The position numbers were made by a program, and so were the translations under genes. Under the pieces are notes generated by a model, which had not been told where the DNA came from, did no database searches, and saw only the letters and a program-made list of their open reading frames with translations. DNA of 64,000 nt from an uncultured Gemmatimonadaceae bacterium (GTDB lineage Bacteria; Gemmatimonadota; Gemmatimonadetes; Gemmatimonadales; Gemmatimonadaceae), in NCBI GenBank assembly GCA_963781585.1, contig CAWAGQ010000008.1:160001-224000 (forward strand), read 5' to 3'. Each line of letters opens with the position of its first letter. Position 1 is the first letter of the stretch. Shown here piece after piece: positions 29,578 to 38,467 of this stretch.

Positions 29578-29788
29578 CGGTGTTCGACTCGCGCAGGTCG
29601 AGAGGCCTGCGTGGTACGTGAAAGACGCGCGCCGTCGGGGAGCAATCTCCGGCGGCGCCTGTCATCCTGCTGGAGCGCGACGCATTCCGGAACCGTGCGA
29701 TGCCGACCCCGCGGGACGCTACGGTGCAGGGTGACGAGCTGACGGGCCGCGGCTTGACGCGATGCCCGGGGTGAGCCATAGGTAGCAG

Positions 29789-30355
29789 ATGGTTCCTCGA
29801 CTCAATCTCTTCACCGTCATCGCGGCCGGTCTCTGCGCTGCCTGTGCTTCGGCGTCACGCACCGCGCCGCGCGTTCCAACCACCGCGTACGACGCCTCCG
29901 TCACCTCCGATCTGCAGCGCCTGCGCGCGGCCACTGACAGGTTTCACTCGCTCGACTCCGCCGTCGCCGCCGGGTATGTGCGCGATGTACCGGCGTGCCT
30001 CGTGCACGAGCGGCACGGTGCGATGGGCTACCACCACACCAATGCCGCGTACATGGACGCCAGGGTCGACGTGGAGCGTCCGGAGATTCTGCTGTACGAA
30101 CGGATGCCCGACGGCGCCTATCGTCTGAACGGCGTGGAGTTCATCGTCCCCTATCGGGCCTGGTCACGCGACTCCATAGCTCCGGTCATCATGGGACAGC
30201 GCCTCAGGTACGAGGACAACCTCAAACTCTGGTATCTCCATGTGTGGGCGTGGCGGACCAATCCCGACGGGCTGTTCGCCGACTTCCACCCGGACGTGCA
30301 GTGCCCGGACAGCGCCCGCAAGGTGTTCATGCCCTACGTGCAGCCGCCGCGGTGA
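29789..30355 (+). CDS. Conserved hypothetical lipoprotein (His/Met-containing motifs)
   Basis: Lipobox LCAAC; GAMGYHH, PEILLYE, GVEFIVP, YLHVWAWRTNPDGLFADFHP. Confidence 0.75.
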   Translation: MVPRLNLFTVIAAGLCAACASASRTAPRVPTTAYDASVTSDLQRLRAATDRFHSLDSAVAAGYVRDVPACLVHERHGAMGYHHTNAAYMDARVDVERPEILLYERMPDGAYRLNGVEFIVPYRAWSRDSIAPVIMGQRLRYEDNLKLWYLHVWAWRTNPDGLFADFHPDVQCPDSARKVFMPYVQPPR

Positions 30356-30506
30356 CCTGCCGATCGCCCGGGGTACAATCGCCGAGGTCCGCAGTCGGTG
30401 GGTGACGGTCGGTGGTGTCAGGTGCATCTCGGGCGATCGCCGCAGCAGCGCCGAGCCTAACGAGGCGATCCGGACGCGGCGGTAGCGGATCGCTGCTCCC
30501 TGATCG

Positions 30507-31172
30507 TCAGAGCAGATTCTCGCGCACCGCCCTCGCCACCGCCCCGCTGCGATTGTTCACGTGCAGCTTCGCGTAGATGTTGCGCACGTGACCGTCGATG
30601 GTGTGCGGGCTCAGGCGCAGCTCCGCCGCGATGTCGTTCTTCGTCAGCCCATCCACCAGCCGCTGGAGGATCTGCCGCTCGCGCTCGGAGAGCCCGTAGT
30701 CAGCCTGCGGCGTCACCATCCGCGCGAACATCTCGAGCACCCGGCGCGCGATCTGCGCGTCCATCGCCGCACCGCCATCAAGCACTTTCTCGATCCCGCC
30801 CATGATCTCGTCCCGGGGCGACGACTTGAGCAGGTACCCGGACGCACCCGCGCACACGGCCTCGAAGATCTTCTCGTTGCTCTGGTGCACGGTGAGCATG
30901 ACCACCGGGATCGAAGGATTGGTCTTCCGGATGGATCGCACGCAGTCGGTCCCGCTCATGCCCGGCAGGGCCAGATCCATCAGGATCAGGCGGGGCAGTT
31001 CCTTCCCGTCGCCTAACGCATCGAGCGCGGACTCGGCATCGGCGAACAGCTCGGTGCAGGTGAACCGGTCACTCTGGTCGAGCAGCTCGCCCAGGGTGCG
31101 CCGATACATCGCACTGTCCTCCACCACCCAGATGGGCGCCCGATGATTCGCAGTACGACCGACCCCGCTCAT
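30507..31172 (-). CDS. NarL/FixJ-family response regulator (REC + LuxR HTH)
   Basis: WVVEDS, LILMDLALPGMSG, GASGYLLK, LSERERQIL...HTIDGHVRNIYAKL. Confidence 0.93.
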   Translation of the reverse strand: MSGVGRTANHRAPIWVVEDSAMYRRTLGELLDQSDRFTCTELFADAESALDALGDGKELPRLILMDLALPGMSGTDCVRSIRKTNPSIPVVMLTVHQSNEKIFEAVCAGASGYLLKSSPRDEIMGGIEKVLDGGAAMDAQIARRVLEMFARMVTPQADYGLSERERQILQRLVDGLTKNDIAAELRLSPHTIDGHVRNIYAKLHVNNRSGAVARAVRENLL

Positions 31173-31215
31173 GTCGCCCAAGGTAGACCCCGGGCCCGGT
31201 GCGCGCACGACGCGT

Positions 31216-34188
31216 TCACGTCGTCTTCACCGTGACCCGCGCCGTCGTCCCCCCTCCCGGCTGGCTGGTCAGTTCCAGATCCCCGCCCAGTCGCGCCGCC
31301 CGCTCGCGTACGCTCTTCAGGCCGGTGCCGGAACGCGTCCCGTTCGGACTCAATCCCACGCCATTGTCCGACACCGTCAACTCGATCCCGCGCCCGCGGG
31401 GCGCCACCGCGATGTGCACTTCGGTCGCCCGGGCATGCCTGACGATGTTGTGCAGCAGCTCCTTGTACAACAGCAGGAGGTCGCGCCGATCCGCCATCCC
31501 AACGTGCTCCGGGAGCGCGCCCACCACCGGCGCGTCGAACGTCACCCGGATATCCCGCAGCAGTCCGGCAGCGACGTCCTTCATGCGAGTGACGACGTCA
31601 TCGAGCCGGTCGGCATCCGGATCAATCGCCCACACGATGTCGCGCAGGTCGTCCACCATCTCACGCGCCGACTGGCCGATCCGCTGGAGCTGCAGACGCT
31701 CGGGCCCGGCCGCCGAGCCGCCGCGTTCCCGGGAATCGGACAACAGGGCGATGCTGCTCAGCCCCGCGCCGATCTCGTCATGCAGATCGCGGGAAATGCG
31801 GAGCCGGAGCCGTTCGGTCGCGACCGCCTGACGCAGACGAACCCGGTGCGCCCCCCACAACAACGCGGCGAACAGCAGGAGGATCAGGCCACGAAACCAC
31901 GCCGTGCGCCAGACCGGCGGCACCACCTGAAGCCGAATCGCGCCGCCTGGCGTGCTCCACCCTCCGTCCGAACCACCCGCCACCTGTACCTGGAACGTGT
32001 ACGTTCCGGGCGATGGCGTGGAGTAGGTCACAATGTGGTCGCTGGATTCGATCCACCCGTCGCTCAGTCCTTCCAGCCGGTAGCGATACCGCGGCGCCGG
32101 TCCGGCGGCGAAGGTCAGGGCGGCGAAATCGATCGTGAACGCGCGGTCGCCCGGCGCGAGTCGCAGTGGCGAGGCGGCGGCGATCGGCACGTCGGTGATC
32201 GCCTGCTGCGCGACCGTGCGCAGGCGCGTGAAGACGATCGGCGGTGCATCGGGGCCGCCGGTCGCGGCCTCCGGACGGAATCGCGTCAATCCCTCGACCC
32301 CGCCGAATACCATCTCGCCGTCCCGCAGCCGCAGCGCGGCCCGCCGATTGAACTCGCCGCTCAGCACCCCGTCCTGCCGGCGATAGCGACGCGCCTCTCC
32401 GGTCGCGGGCGAGTAGTGCACCAGTCCCTGCGACGTGCCTAACCAGAGCCGGCCGGCGCCATCGTCCTGCACCGAGAAGACGGTCGTGTTCCGAAGTTCC
32501 GGGACATCGATCGGCGTGAATCCGCGGCGCGCCGGGTCCCATCGCTGGAGCCCGTTGTGACTGGCCAGCCACAGCACGCCGTGCGCGTCGCGACGGATAT
32601 CATAGATGCGCGCAGTCTCGGACGCGACCGCCTCAACGCGTTCCAGTGCGCCGATCACCCGGCCGCGCGCCACCCGCGCGCGAAACAGCGCGCCGCCGCC
32701 GATCCAGAGCAACCCCGAATCGGGATCCGCGTAGACCGAAACGAGCTTCGCCGACGCCGGCACCGGCGGTCCGGTTGCGCCGCTCGCGGGATCGAAGCTC
32801 ACAACATCGGACTCGGATACGAGCCAGAACCACCCGTCCTGATCCCGCGCAATCCCGAACGCCCCATGAGCCAGAGGGAAGCACGAGAAGCGACCTCCGC
32901 GGAACATGCACAGCCCGTCGTTGGTCGCGACCCACAGGCGACCAGCACGATCCTCCTCGAGGCCCCACACCTCATCGGACAGGAGGCTTGTCGACACCCC
33001 CCTTTCATGGCGGAATGTCTCCACGCGACGTCCATCGGCACCGACGCGCGACACCCCTCCCCGCAGGGTTCCGATCCACAGGCTGCCGTCGTCCTGCTCG
33101 GCGAGCGCGGTCACGAAATCGCTCGCCAGGGCAAGCGACGGGCTCGAGCGATGTGACTGCCAGACGAAGGCCGGCGTGCGCGGATCGAGGCGGAGCGCTC
33201 CCGAAGCCAACGTCGCGAGCCAGATGCCACCTTCGCGATCGACCGCGATGTCCTGCGCCAGCAGACCGGTACCGAAAATCTCGGGAGAATCCCAGCGCTC
33301 GATGACCCGCCCGTGCTCATCAACGCGCGACAGCGCGCCATCGGTTGGCACCAGCACGCCGATGGAGTCGCCGAGCGCCAAAGTCCTGACCGTCTGGCTG
33401 CGAAACGCCTCGACGCTGCGGAATCGATCATGACCCGGTTCGAGCACCTCCACGCCGGCCTCGCCGGCTACCCAGATCGCGCCCGTCCGGTCCTCGAGCA
33501 TCGCGCGTGGCGTGGCGAGCGAGGCCAGTGTATACCGCCTGATCCCGCCCGTGGAAGGATCCACGCGCACCACACGGCCCACCCGCCGTCCGGTGCCGGC
33601 CAGCCAGACCGCGCCCGCGCGGCTGGTGGCGAGTACGCCGAAAGTGGCCAACGAACTGTCCGCGGCGACCGCGCGGAGGCGCGGCGCCCCGCCACCCGAC
33701 TCGATGTCTCGCAACGTGTCGCCGTCCATCAGCCACAGCCGGCCCTCCGAGTCCGGGGCCCACGCATCGCCCGGCCGGAGTGGGGTCCCGTGCGGCGCGA
33801 CGAGAACGAACCGGAGCGATCCGGCATCGCGCCTGAACAGCGCTCCCGCGGCCTGCACCCAGAGCGTCCCGCGGGGATCGAGACGCAAGCCGTCAATCAG
33901 TCCGCTGAGCTCATCCGGTGCGCCGGGATCGAGCGACGAATATCGGACGAAGGAATAGCCGTCGAATCGCTGCAGACCGCGGTCGCCCCCCAGCCAGATG
34001 AAGCCCGCCGCATCCTGCACCACCGCCGTCAGCAGATTCTGCGAGAGGCCGTCGTCCACCGTGAAGTGGTCCGCGTGCAGCGGGTGCGGCTGTGCACCGA
34101 GAGTCGCTGCGGTGCCGGGCGCCGCGAGCGTGAACCACGTGAGCAGCAGCGCACGACGCTGTGTGAGGCAACGCGCGAACGGTCGCAT
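31216..34188 (-). CDS. Sensor histidine kinase with periplasmic beta-propeller and Y_Y_Y domain (HisKA_3 type)
   Basis: DDGLSQN..QDAAGFIWLG propeller repeats, YRYRLEG..PGTYTFQV, TM PPVWRTAWF, RISRDLHDEIG, DNGVG..GTGL. Confidence 0.92.
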   Translation of the reverse strand: MRPFARCLTQRRALLLTWFTLAAPGTAATLGAQPHPLHADHFTVDDGLSQNLLTAVVQDAAGFIWLGGDRGLQRFDGYSFVRYSSLDPGAPDELSGLIDGLRLDPRGTLWVQAAGALFRRDAGSLRFVLVAPHGTPLRPGDAWAPDSEGRLWLMDGDTLRDIESGGGAPRLRAVAADSSLATFGVLATSRAGAVWLAGTGRRVGRVVRVDPSTGGIRRYTLASLATPRAMLEDRTGAIWVAGEAGVEVLEPGHDRFRSVEAFRSQTVRTLALGDSIGVLVPTDGALSRVDEHGRVIERWDSPEIFGTGLLAQDIAVDREGGIWLATLASGALRLDPRTPAFVWQSHRSSPSLALASDFVTALAEQDDGSLWIGTLRGGVSRVGADGRRVETFRHERGVSTSLLSDEVWGLEEDRAGRLWVATNDGLCMFRGGRFSCFPLAHGAFGIARDQDGWFWLVSESDVVSFDPASGATGPPVPASAKLVSVYADPDSGLLWIGGGALFRARVARGRVIGALERVEAVASETARIYDIRRDAHGVLWLASHNGLQRWDPARRGFTPIDVPELRNTTVFSVQDDGAGRLWLGTSQGLVHYSPATGEARRYRRQDGVLSGEFNRRAALRLRDGEMVFGGVEGLTRFRPEAATGGPDAPPIVFTRLRTVAQQAITDVPIAAASPLRLAPGDRAFTIDFAALTFAAGPAPRYRYRLEGLSDGWIESSDHIVTYSTPSPGTYTFQVQVAGGSDGGWSTPGGAIRLQVVPPVWRTAWFRGLILLLFAALLWGAHRVRLRQAVATERLRLRISRDLHDEIGAGLSSIALLSDSRERGGSAAGPERLQLQRIGQSAREMVDDLRDIVWAIDPDADRLDDVVTRMKDVAAGLLRDIRVTFDAPVVGALPEHVGMADRRDLLLLYKELLHNIVRHARATEVHIAVAPRGRGIELTVSDNGVGLSPNGTRSGTGLKSVRERAARLGGDLELTSQPGGGTTARVTVKTT

Positions 34189-34409
34189 GATGGGCCGGGC
34201 GAAGATGACCACCGCATCATCGCCCGGCAAGCGTGCGGGAAATTCTCCCGGCTGCGGCATCCGGGCAACACCCTGCGTCGGTGCGGCAGCAACGCGAACG
34301 CGTCATGCGCCACCTGCCGTACGTCCACACCTTGGCAGGCGGGCGACGAGCGGGGACCGAAGGCGCCGGTCGTCGCGGCCTCCAGTCCGACCGACGAGGA
34401 ACGCGCACC

Positions 34410-36635
34410 ATGGCAGCCTGCCGATCCCATTCCGTGGCACTCTGTTGTTTCCTGCTCGTCGTAGGGGCGACCGGCGGTTGCGGCGGCGGGGACAGCGGCG
34501 GGCCGGCGGCCCCCGCGACCGTCGCCGCGGTGATCGTGTCGCCCGGGTCGGCGACCTTGCTTCCGGACGACACGCTGCGCCTGACCGCGAGCCCCGTGGA
34601 CTCCCACGGATCGGCCGTCAGCGGGAAGAATCCGACCTGGTCGTCGAACGCCACGGCGGTGGCGACGGTTTCGTCGTCAGGCACCGTGACGGCTCTCGCG
34701 CCCGGCGTGGCCTCGATCAGCGCGACCGTCGATGGCAAAAGCGGCAGTGCGACGATCACGGTGAATGACCCCGGCCCGCGGATTGTCCTGGACGCCGCCT
34801 CGGCATCGGAAACCATCGGGTCGGCGGGCGGCACCGTGAGCGTCACGTCCGCCGACGGCGTGCACTACACGCTCACTGTTCCACCGGGCGCGCTGCTCAC
34901 ATCGCAGCAGATCACCATGACGCCCGTTGTGAGTGTCCGGAAGCTGGGCCTCACCGGCGGCCTGGTGGGGGGCGTGGACTTTCAGCCCAGCGGACTGCAC
35001 TTCGCGAAGGCGGCGCAGCTGCGCATCGAGATCCGGCAGCGTCCGCCAGCGGGACTTCGACTGATCGGGTTGACCTTCGAGGGAGACGCGAACCCACCCG
35101 ATCTCTCACCCGCGGCCGATAGCGGCACGGTCGCGCTGTTGCCGATCGCCCATTTCAGCGTTGGGGTCGCCGGCTTCGGCACGACCGCTGACGTCCGGGC
35201 GATCGCCGCCGCCGGTGCTGCTTTGACATCATCGGGCAAGTTCTACACCGACTCTCTGATCGTGCTCTCGGGCGACTCGACGACCAGCCAGCAAGCGTAC
35301 ACCGATGTTCTTCGGGCATGGTTCACCAACGTCGTGCTCCCACTCTTCCAGAACGCGACCACCGACGCGCAGCTCGTCCTCGCGCTGAGCGAACTCCACT
35401 GGTGGGGGACCGACACCCCGCTCGCGATCGGAATCGCTTCTCCCACGCCGGCTACGTATCCCAACGAATTCGCGCAGCTCGAACCCATCGTTGCCGCGAA
35501 GATCGGAGACGCGATCGACGGGAACAACACGGTCTGTCGCGACAACCAGAGCTTCTCAGCGTTGGCCAACGTCCTCTTCTGGGCCGATCAGGCAACCGCC
35601 CTCGGCGTCGCCACTCCCGCCTTCAATCTGGACTGGGCATCGATTCGCGCGGGACTGTGTGTCGACATCGTCCTCGTGGCCGACACCCTGCCCGACCCGC
35701 TGGTGGTCGGTACGCCGTACAGCCTGGTCACCGTGTTCGGCGTGCAGTTCCTGCAGAACGGCACGCCACAGGACGCCGCGTTCGCGATGTCGCTCCCAAC
35801 GACGTCCAACGTGCTCGACATCGCGAACCCCTCCGGCAACACCAACCTGCAGGGTCTCTATACGACCGTGGTCACGCCGCTTGCCGCCGGCGACGCGTCC
35901 ATCGTGCCCACCGCCTGCCTCATCATGCCCGGCACCCTAACGCCGACCAGCATTTGTGGGTCCCGGGAGTTGACCCGCACGTCGGTCGACGAGCTGAAAC
36001 TCCCTGGGACGTTGCCCGATGGCAAGCTCGGTGTCGCCTACTCGGCGGCGCTGTTTCCCACCGGCGGCAATGGCACCTACGCCTTCAGCCTCGCCTCAGG
36101 CCAGCTTCCGCCCGGTGTGAACATCTCGCCGTCCGGAGTGTTCTCGGGAACGCCAACGCTGCTTGGGCCCTTCTTCTTCACGGTGCGCGTGACGAGCGGC
36201 GGCCAGACTATTGAGAAGAGCTTCTCGATCACCATCGCCTCCCCACCGCCAGCTCCGCTGCACGCGGGCGCCTGGGAGAAGGACTCGCATATCTGGCTCG
36301 TGCATTGCTGCGGGGTAGTGGTCCCGCAGATGCGAGGCATCCGGCTGGAGATCTATTTCCCCGGCGACGGCACCACGCATCTCCGGGCTTTCCAGCCACC
36401 GGTGAGCCCCGGTGACACTCCAGCCTGGGACGTTGAGATCACGTCGACCAACGGCACGGATTTCACTGGAGCGAGCGCTTCCATCCCCGCGCCATTCGCC
36501 TGGGAGGGAGCGAGCCTGACGGTGCAGGGGTCGGAGCTGAGCGATGGGACGCTCTCGATATCGTGGACGCTCACGATCCCGGGTGTGGGCTTCGCCGAGG
36601 GGAGCCCGTCGCCGGACATCATTCCGCCCGGGTAG
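34410..36635 (+). CDS. Surface lipoprotein with Ig-like (Big_2) and putative Ig (He_PIG-like) domains
   Basis: Lipobox-like ATGGC; TWSSNATAVATVSSSGTVTA; LPDGKLGVAYSAAL..GGNGTY..GQLPPG; GAGGA RBS. Confidence 0.8.
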   Translation: MAACRSHSVALCCFLLVVGATGGCGGGDSGGPAAPATVAAVIVSPGSATLLPDDTLRLTASPVDSHGSAVSGKNPTWSSNATAVATVSSSGTVTALAPGVASISATVDGKSGSATITVNDPGPRIVLDAASASETIGSAGGTVSVTSADGVHYTLTVPPGALLTSQQITMTPVVSVRKLGLTGGLVGGVDFQPSGLHFAKAAQLRIEIRQRPPAGLRLIGLTFEGDANPPDLSPAADSGTVALLPIAHFSVGVAGFGTTADVRAIAAAGAALTSSGKFYTDSLIVLSGDSTTSQQAYTDVLRAWFTNVVLPLFQNATTDAQLVLALSELHWWGTDTPLAIGIASPTPATYPNEFAQLEPIVAAKIGDAIDGNNTVCRDNQSFSALANVLFWADQATALGVATPAFNLDWASIRAGLCVDIVLVADTLPDPLVVGTPYSLVTVFGVQFLQNGTPQDAAFAMSLPTTSNVLDIANPSGNTNLQGLYTTVVTPLAAGDASIVPTACLIMPGTLTPTSICGSRELTRTSVDELKLPGTLPDGKLGVAYSAALFPTGGNGTYAFSLASGQLPPGVNISPSGVFSGTPTLLGPFFFTVRVTSGGQTIEKSFSITIASPPPAPLHAGAWEKDSHIWLVHCCGVVVPQMRGIRLEIYFPGDGTTHLRAFQPPVSPGDTPAWDVEITSTNGTDFTGASASIPAPFAWEGASLTVQGSELSDGTLSISWTLTIPGVGFAEGSPSPDIIPPG

Positions 36636-36805
36636 ACGTCGGCCCGGACTGCAGCGGAAGGCCTGCAAGTAGAGCCAGCACGATCCGAGTGCTGTTCGCT
36701 GCGAGCGGCGGACTGCCAGCTTAACTTGTTCGCTGAGAGCTGATCGACCGTCCGTCCCGGGACGCGCCGCACCATGCTCCCCTCAGCCTCGGCGAACGCG
36801 CCGCA

Positions 36806-38467
36806 TTGCGACTCACTGGCACCGACCTCGTCCTCTCGGCAACCGACCTCTCCAACTTCCTCGGCTGCCGCCATCGTACCGCGCTCGACCTGGCGGCGGC
36901 GATGGGAGCTCGGGACCGCCCCTACCGCCATGATCCGCTCCTCGTCCTCCTCCGGAAGCTGGGTGAGGAGCACGAGGCCGCGCATCTCCGGTCCGTCGAG
37001 CACGACGGCCTGCCGGTCGTCCGCCTCGGCGACGTCCAGGATCGCGACGAGCGGCTGGCGCGCACGCTCGACGCGATGCGCGCCGGTGCGCCGGTCATCG
37101 CCCAGGGCGCGTTAGGCGATGACCGCTGGTTCGGATACGCCGACATTCTCCGGCGGGTGGAACGTCGCAGCGACCTTGGCGAGTGGTCGTACGAGGTCGC
37201 GGACACCAAGCTGGCGCGCGACACCCGCGCCGGGACGATTCTGCAGCTCGGTCTCTACTCGGCGATGCTGGCGGCCATCCAGGGGTCCCGCCCCGAGTAC
37301 TTCCACGTCATCACGCCCGACCCGGTCACGCCCGCCCACACGTTTCGCGTGGATGACTTCGCGGCCTACTTCCGCTTCGTCCGCCGCCAGATGATCGATG
37401 CTGTCGCCGATGAATACCCGGCGATGCTCGCCGCCAACTACCCCGATCCCGTCGAGCACTGCGAGGTGTGCCCGTGGGATCCGGAGTGCCGGGAGAAGCG
37501 TCGCGCCGACGATCATCTCTCGCTCGTAGCCGGGATCACGCGGCTGCAACGGCGGGAACTGGAGAGCAGGAGCGTCTCCACGCTCACGCAGCTCGCCGGC
37601 CTGCCGGTGCCGCTCCCGTTCAGGCCGCGTCGTGGATCCGTGGAGACCTACGTTCGCGTGCGCGAGCAGGCGAGGGTGCAGCTCGACTCACGCGGACGGA
37701 CGCCGCCACTGCACGAGTTGCGTGAGGTCACGATCGGAGAAGGGTTGTGCCGTCTTCCCGAGCCGTCGCCGGGCGATCTGTTTCTCGACCTCGAAGGCGA
37801 CCACTTCGCAATCAGCAGCGACTCCGACGCCGGGCCAGATCAACGGCGCGGACGCGAGTACCTCTTCGGTCTGGTCCGCGCCGGTGCCGATCGGAACCCT
37901 GACTACCTCAGGTGGTGGGCGTTCGACGAGCGCGAGGAGCGTGCCGCGTTCGAAGAGGTCATTGACCTGATCATAGCGGCTTTGCGCGACAACCCGTCGA
38001 TGCACGTCTACCACTACGCACCGTACGAGCCGTCGGCATTCAAGCGGCTGATGGGTCGCTATGCGACGCGCGCCGAGGAACTGGATCGTTTGCTGCGCGG
38101 TGGTCGCTTTGTCGATCTCTACGCCATCGTCCGACAGGCGATGTGGGCCGGCGTGGAGAGTTACTCGATCAAGCGACTGGAGCCGCTTTACGGCTTCACC
38201 CGCGACGTCGACCTCGGCCGCGCCAACCAAAGCCTTGCGGCGATGGAGCAGGCTCTGTGGCTGGGGCAGGCGAGGGAGCTCCCTCGTGAGGCGCGCGACG
38301 TGGTGGAGGGATACAATCGCGACGACTGCGTCTCGACGCTTCGCCTTCGCGAGTGGCTGGAGCGCGTGCGGGAGGAAGCAGTCGCCGGCGGCGCGGAGGT
38401 GCCCCGCCCGGTGGCCTCGGGCGATGCGGCCGAGCGAGCGAGGTCACCGCCCGCGATGCGCGTGTGA
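36806..38467 (+). CDS. TM0106-family RecB-like nuclease plus RNase H-like domain (N-terminal half of a split nuclease-helicase)
   Basis: SATDLSNFLGC, GYADIL..YEVADTKLA (PD-(D/E)xK), HCEVCPWDPEC, LFLDLEGD, YHYAPYE, YSIKRLE, YNRDDC. Confidence 0.88.
   Translation: MRLTGTDLVLSATDLSNFLGCRHRTALDLAAAMGARDRPYRHDPLLVLLRKLGEEHEAAHLRSVEHDGLPVVRLGDVQDRDERLARTLDAMRAGAPVIAQGALGDDRWFGYADILRRVERRSDLGEWSYEVADTKLARDTRAGTILQLGLYSAMLAAIQGSRPEYFHVITPDPVTPAHTFRVDDFAAYFRFVRRQMIDAVADEYPAMLAANYPDPVEHCEVCPWDPECREKRRADDHLSLVAGITRLQRRELESRSVSTLTQLAGLPVPLPFRPRRGSVETYVRVREQARVQLDSRGRTPPLHELREVTIGEGLCRLPEPSPGDLFLDLEGDHFAISSDSDAGPDQRRGREYLFGLVRAGADRNPDYLRWWAFDEREERAAFEEVIDLIIAALRDNPSMHVYHYAPYEPSAFKRLMGRYATRAEELDRLLRGGRFVDLYAIVRQAMWAGVESYSIKRLEPLYGFTRDVDLGRANQSLAAMEQALWLGQARELPREARDVVEGYNRDDCVSTLRLREWLERVREEAVAGGAEVPRPVASGDAAERARSPPAMRV
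38431..38442. repeat. (CGAG)3 tract at the frame switch of the nuclease-helicase
   Basis: cgagcgagcgag; 1 or 4 units would fuse the two ORFs in frame. Confidence 0.7.

Noticed and set aside
30360..30500. Minus-strand EMHLTPPTVTHRLR resembling a LysR-type HTH fragment
   Set aside because: Too short and degenerate to support without a search.
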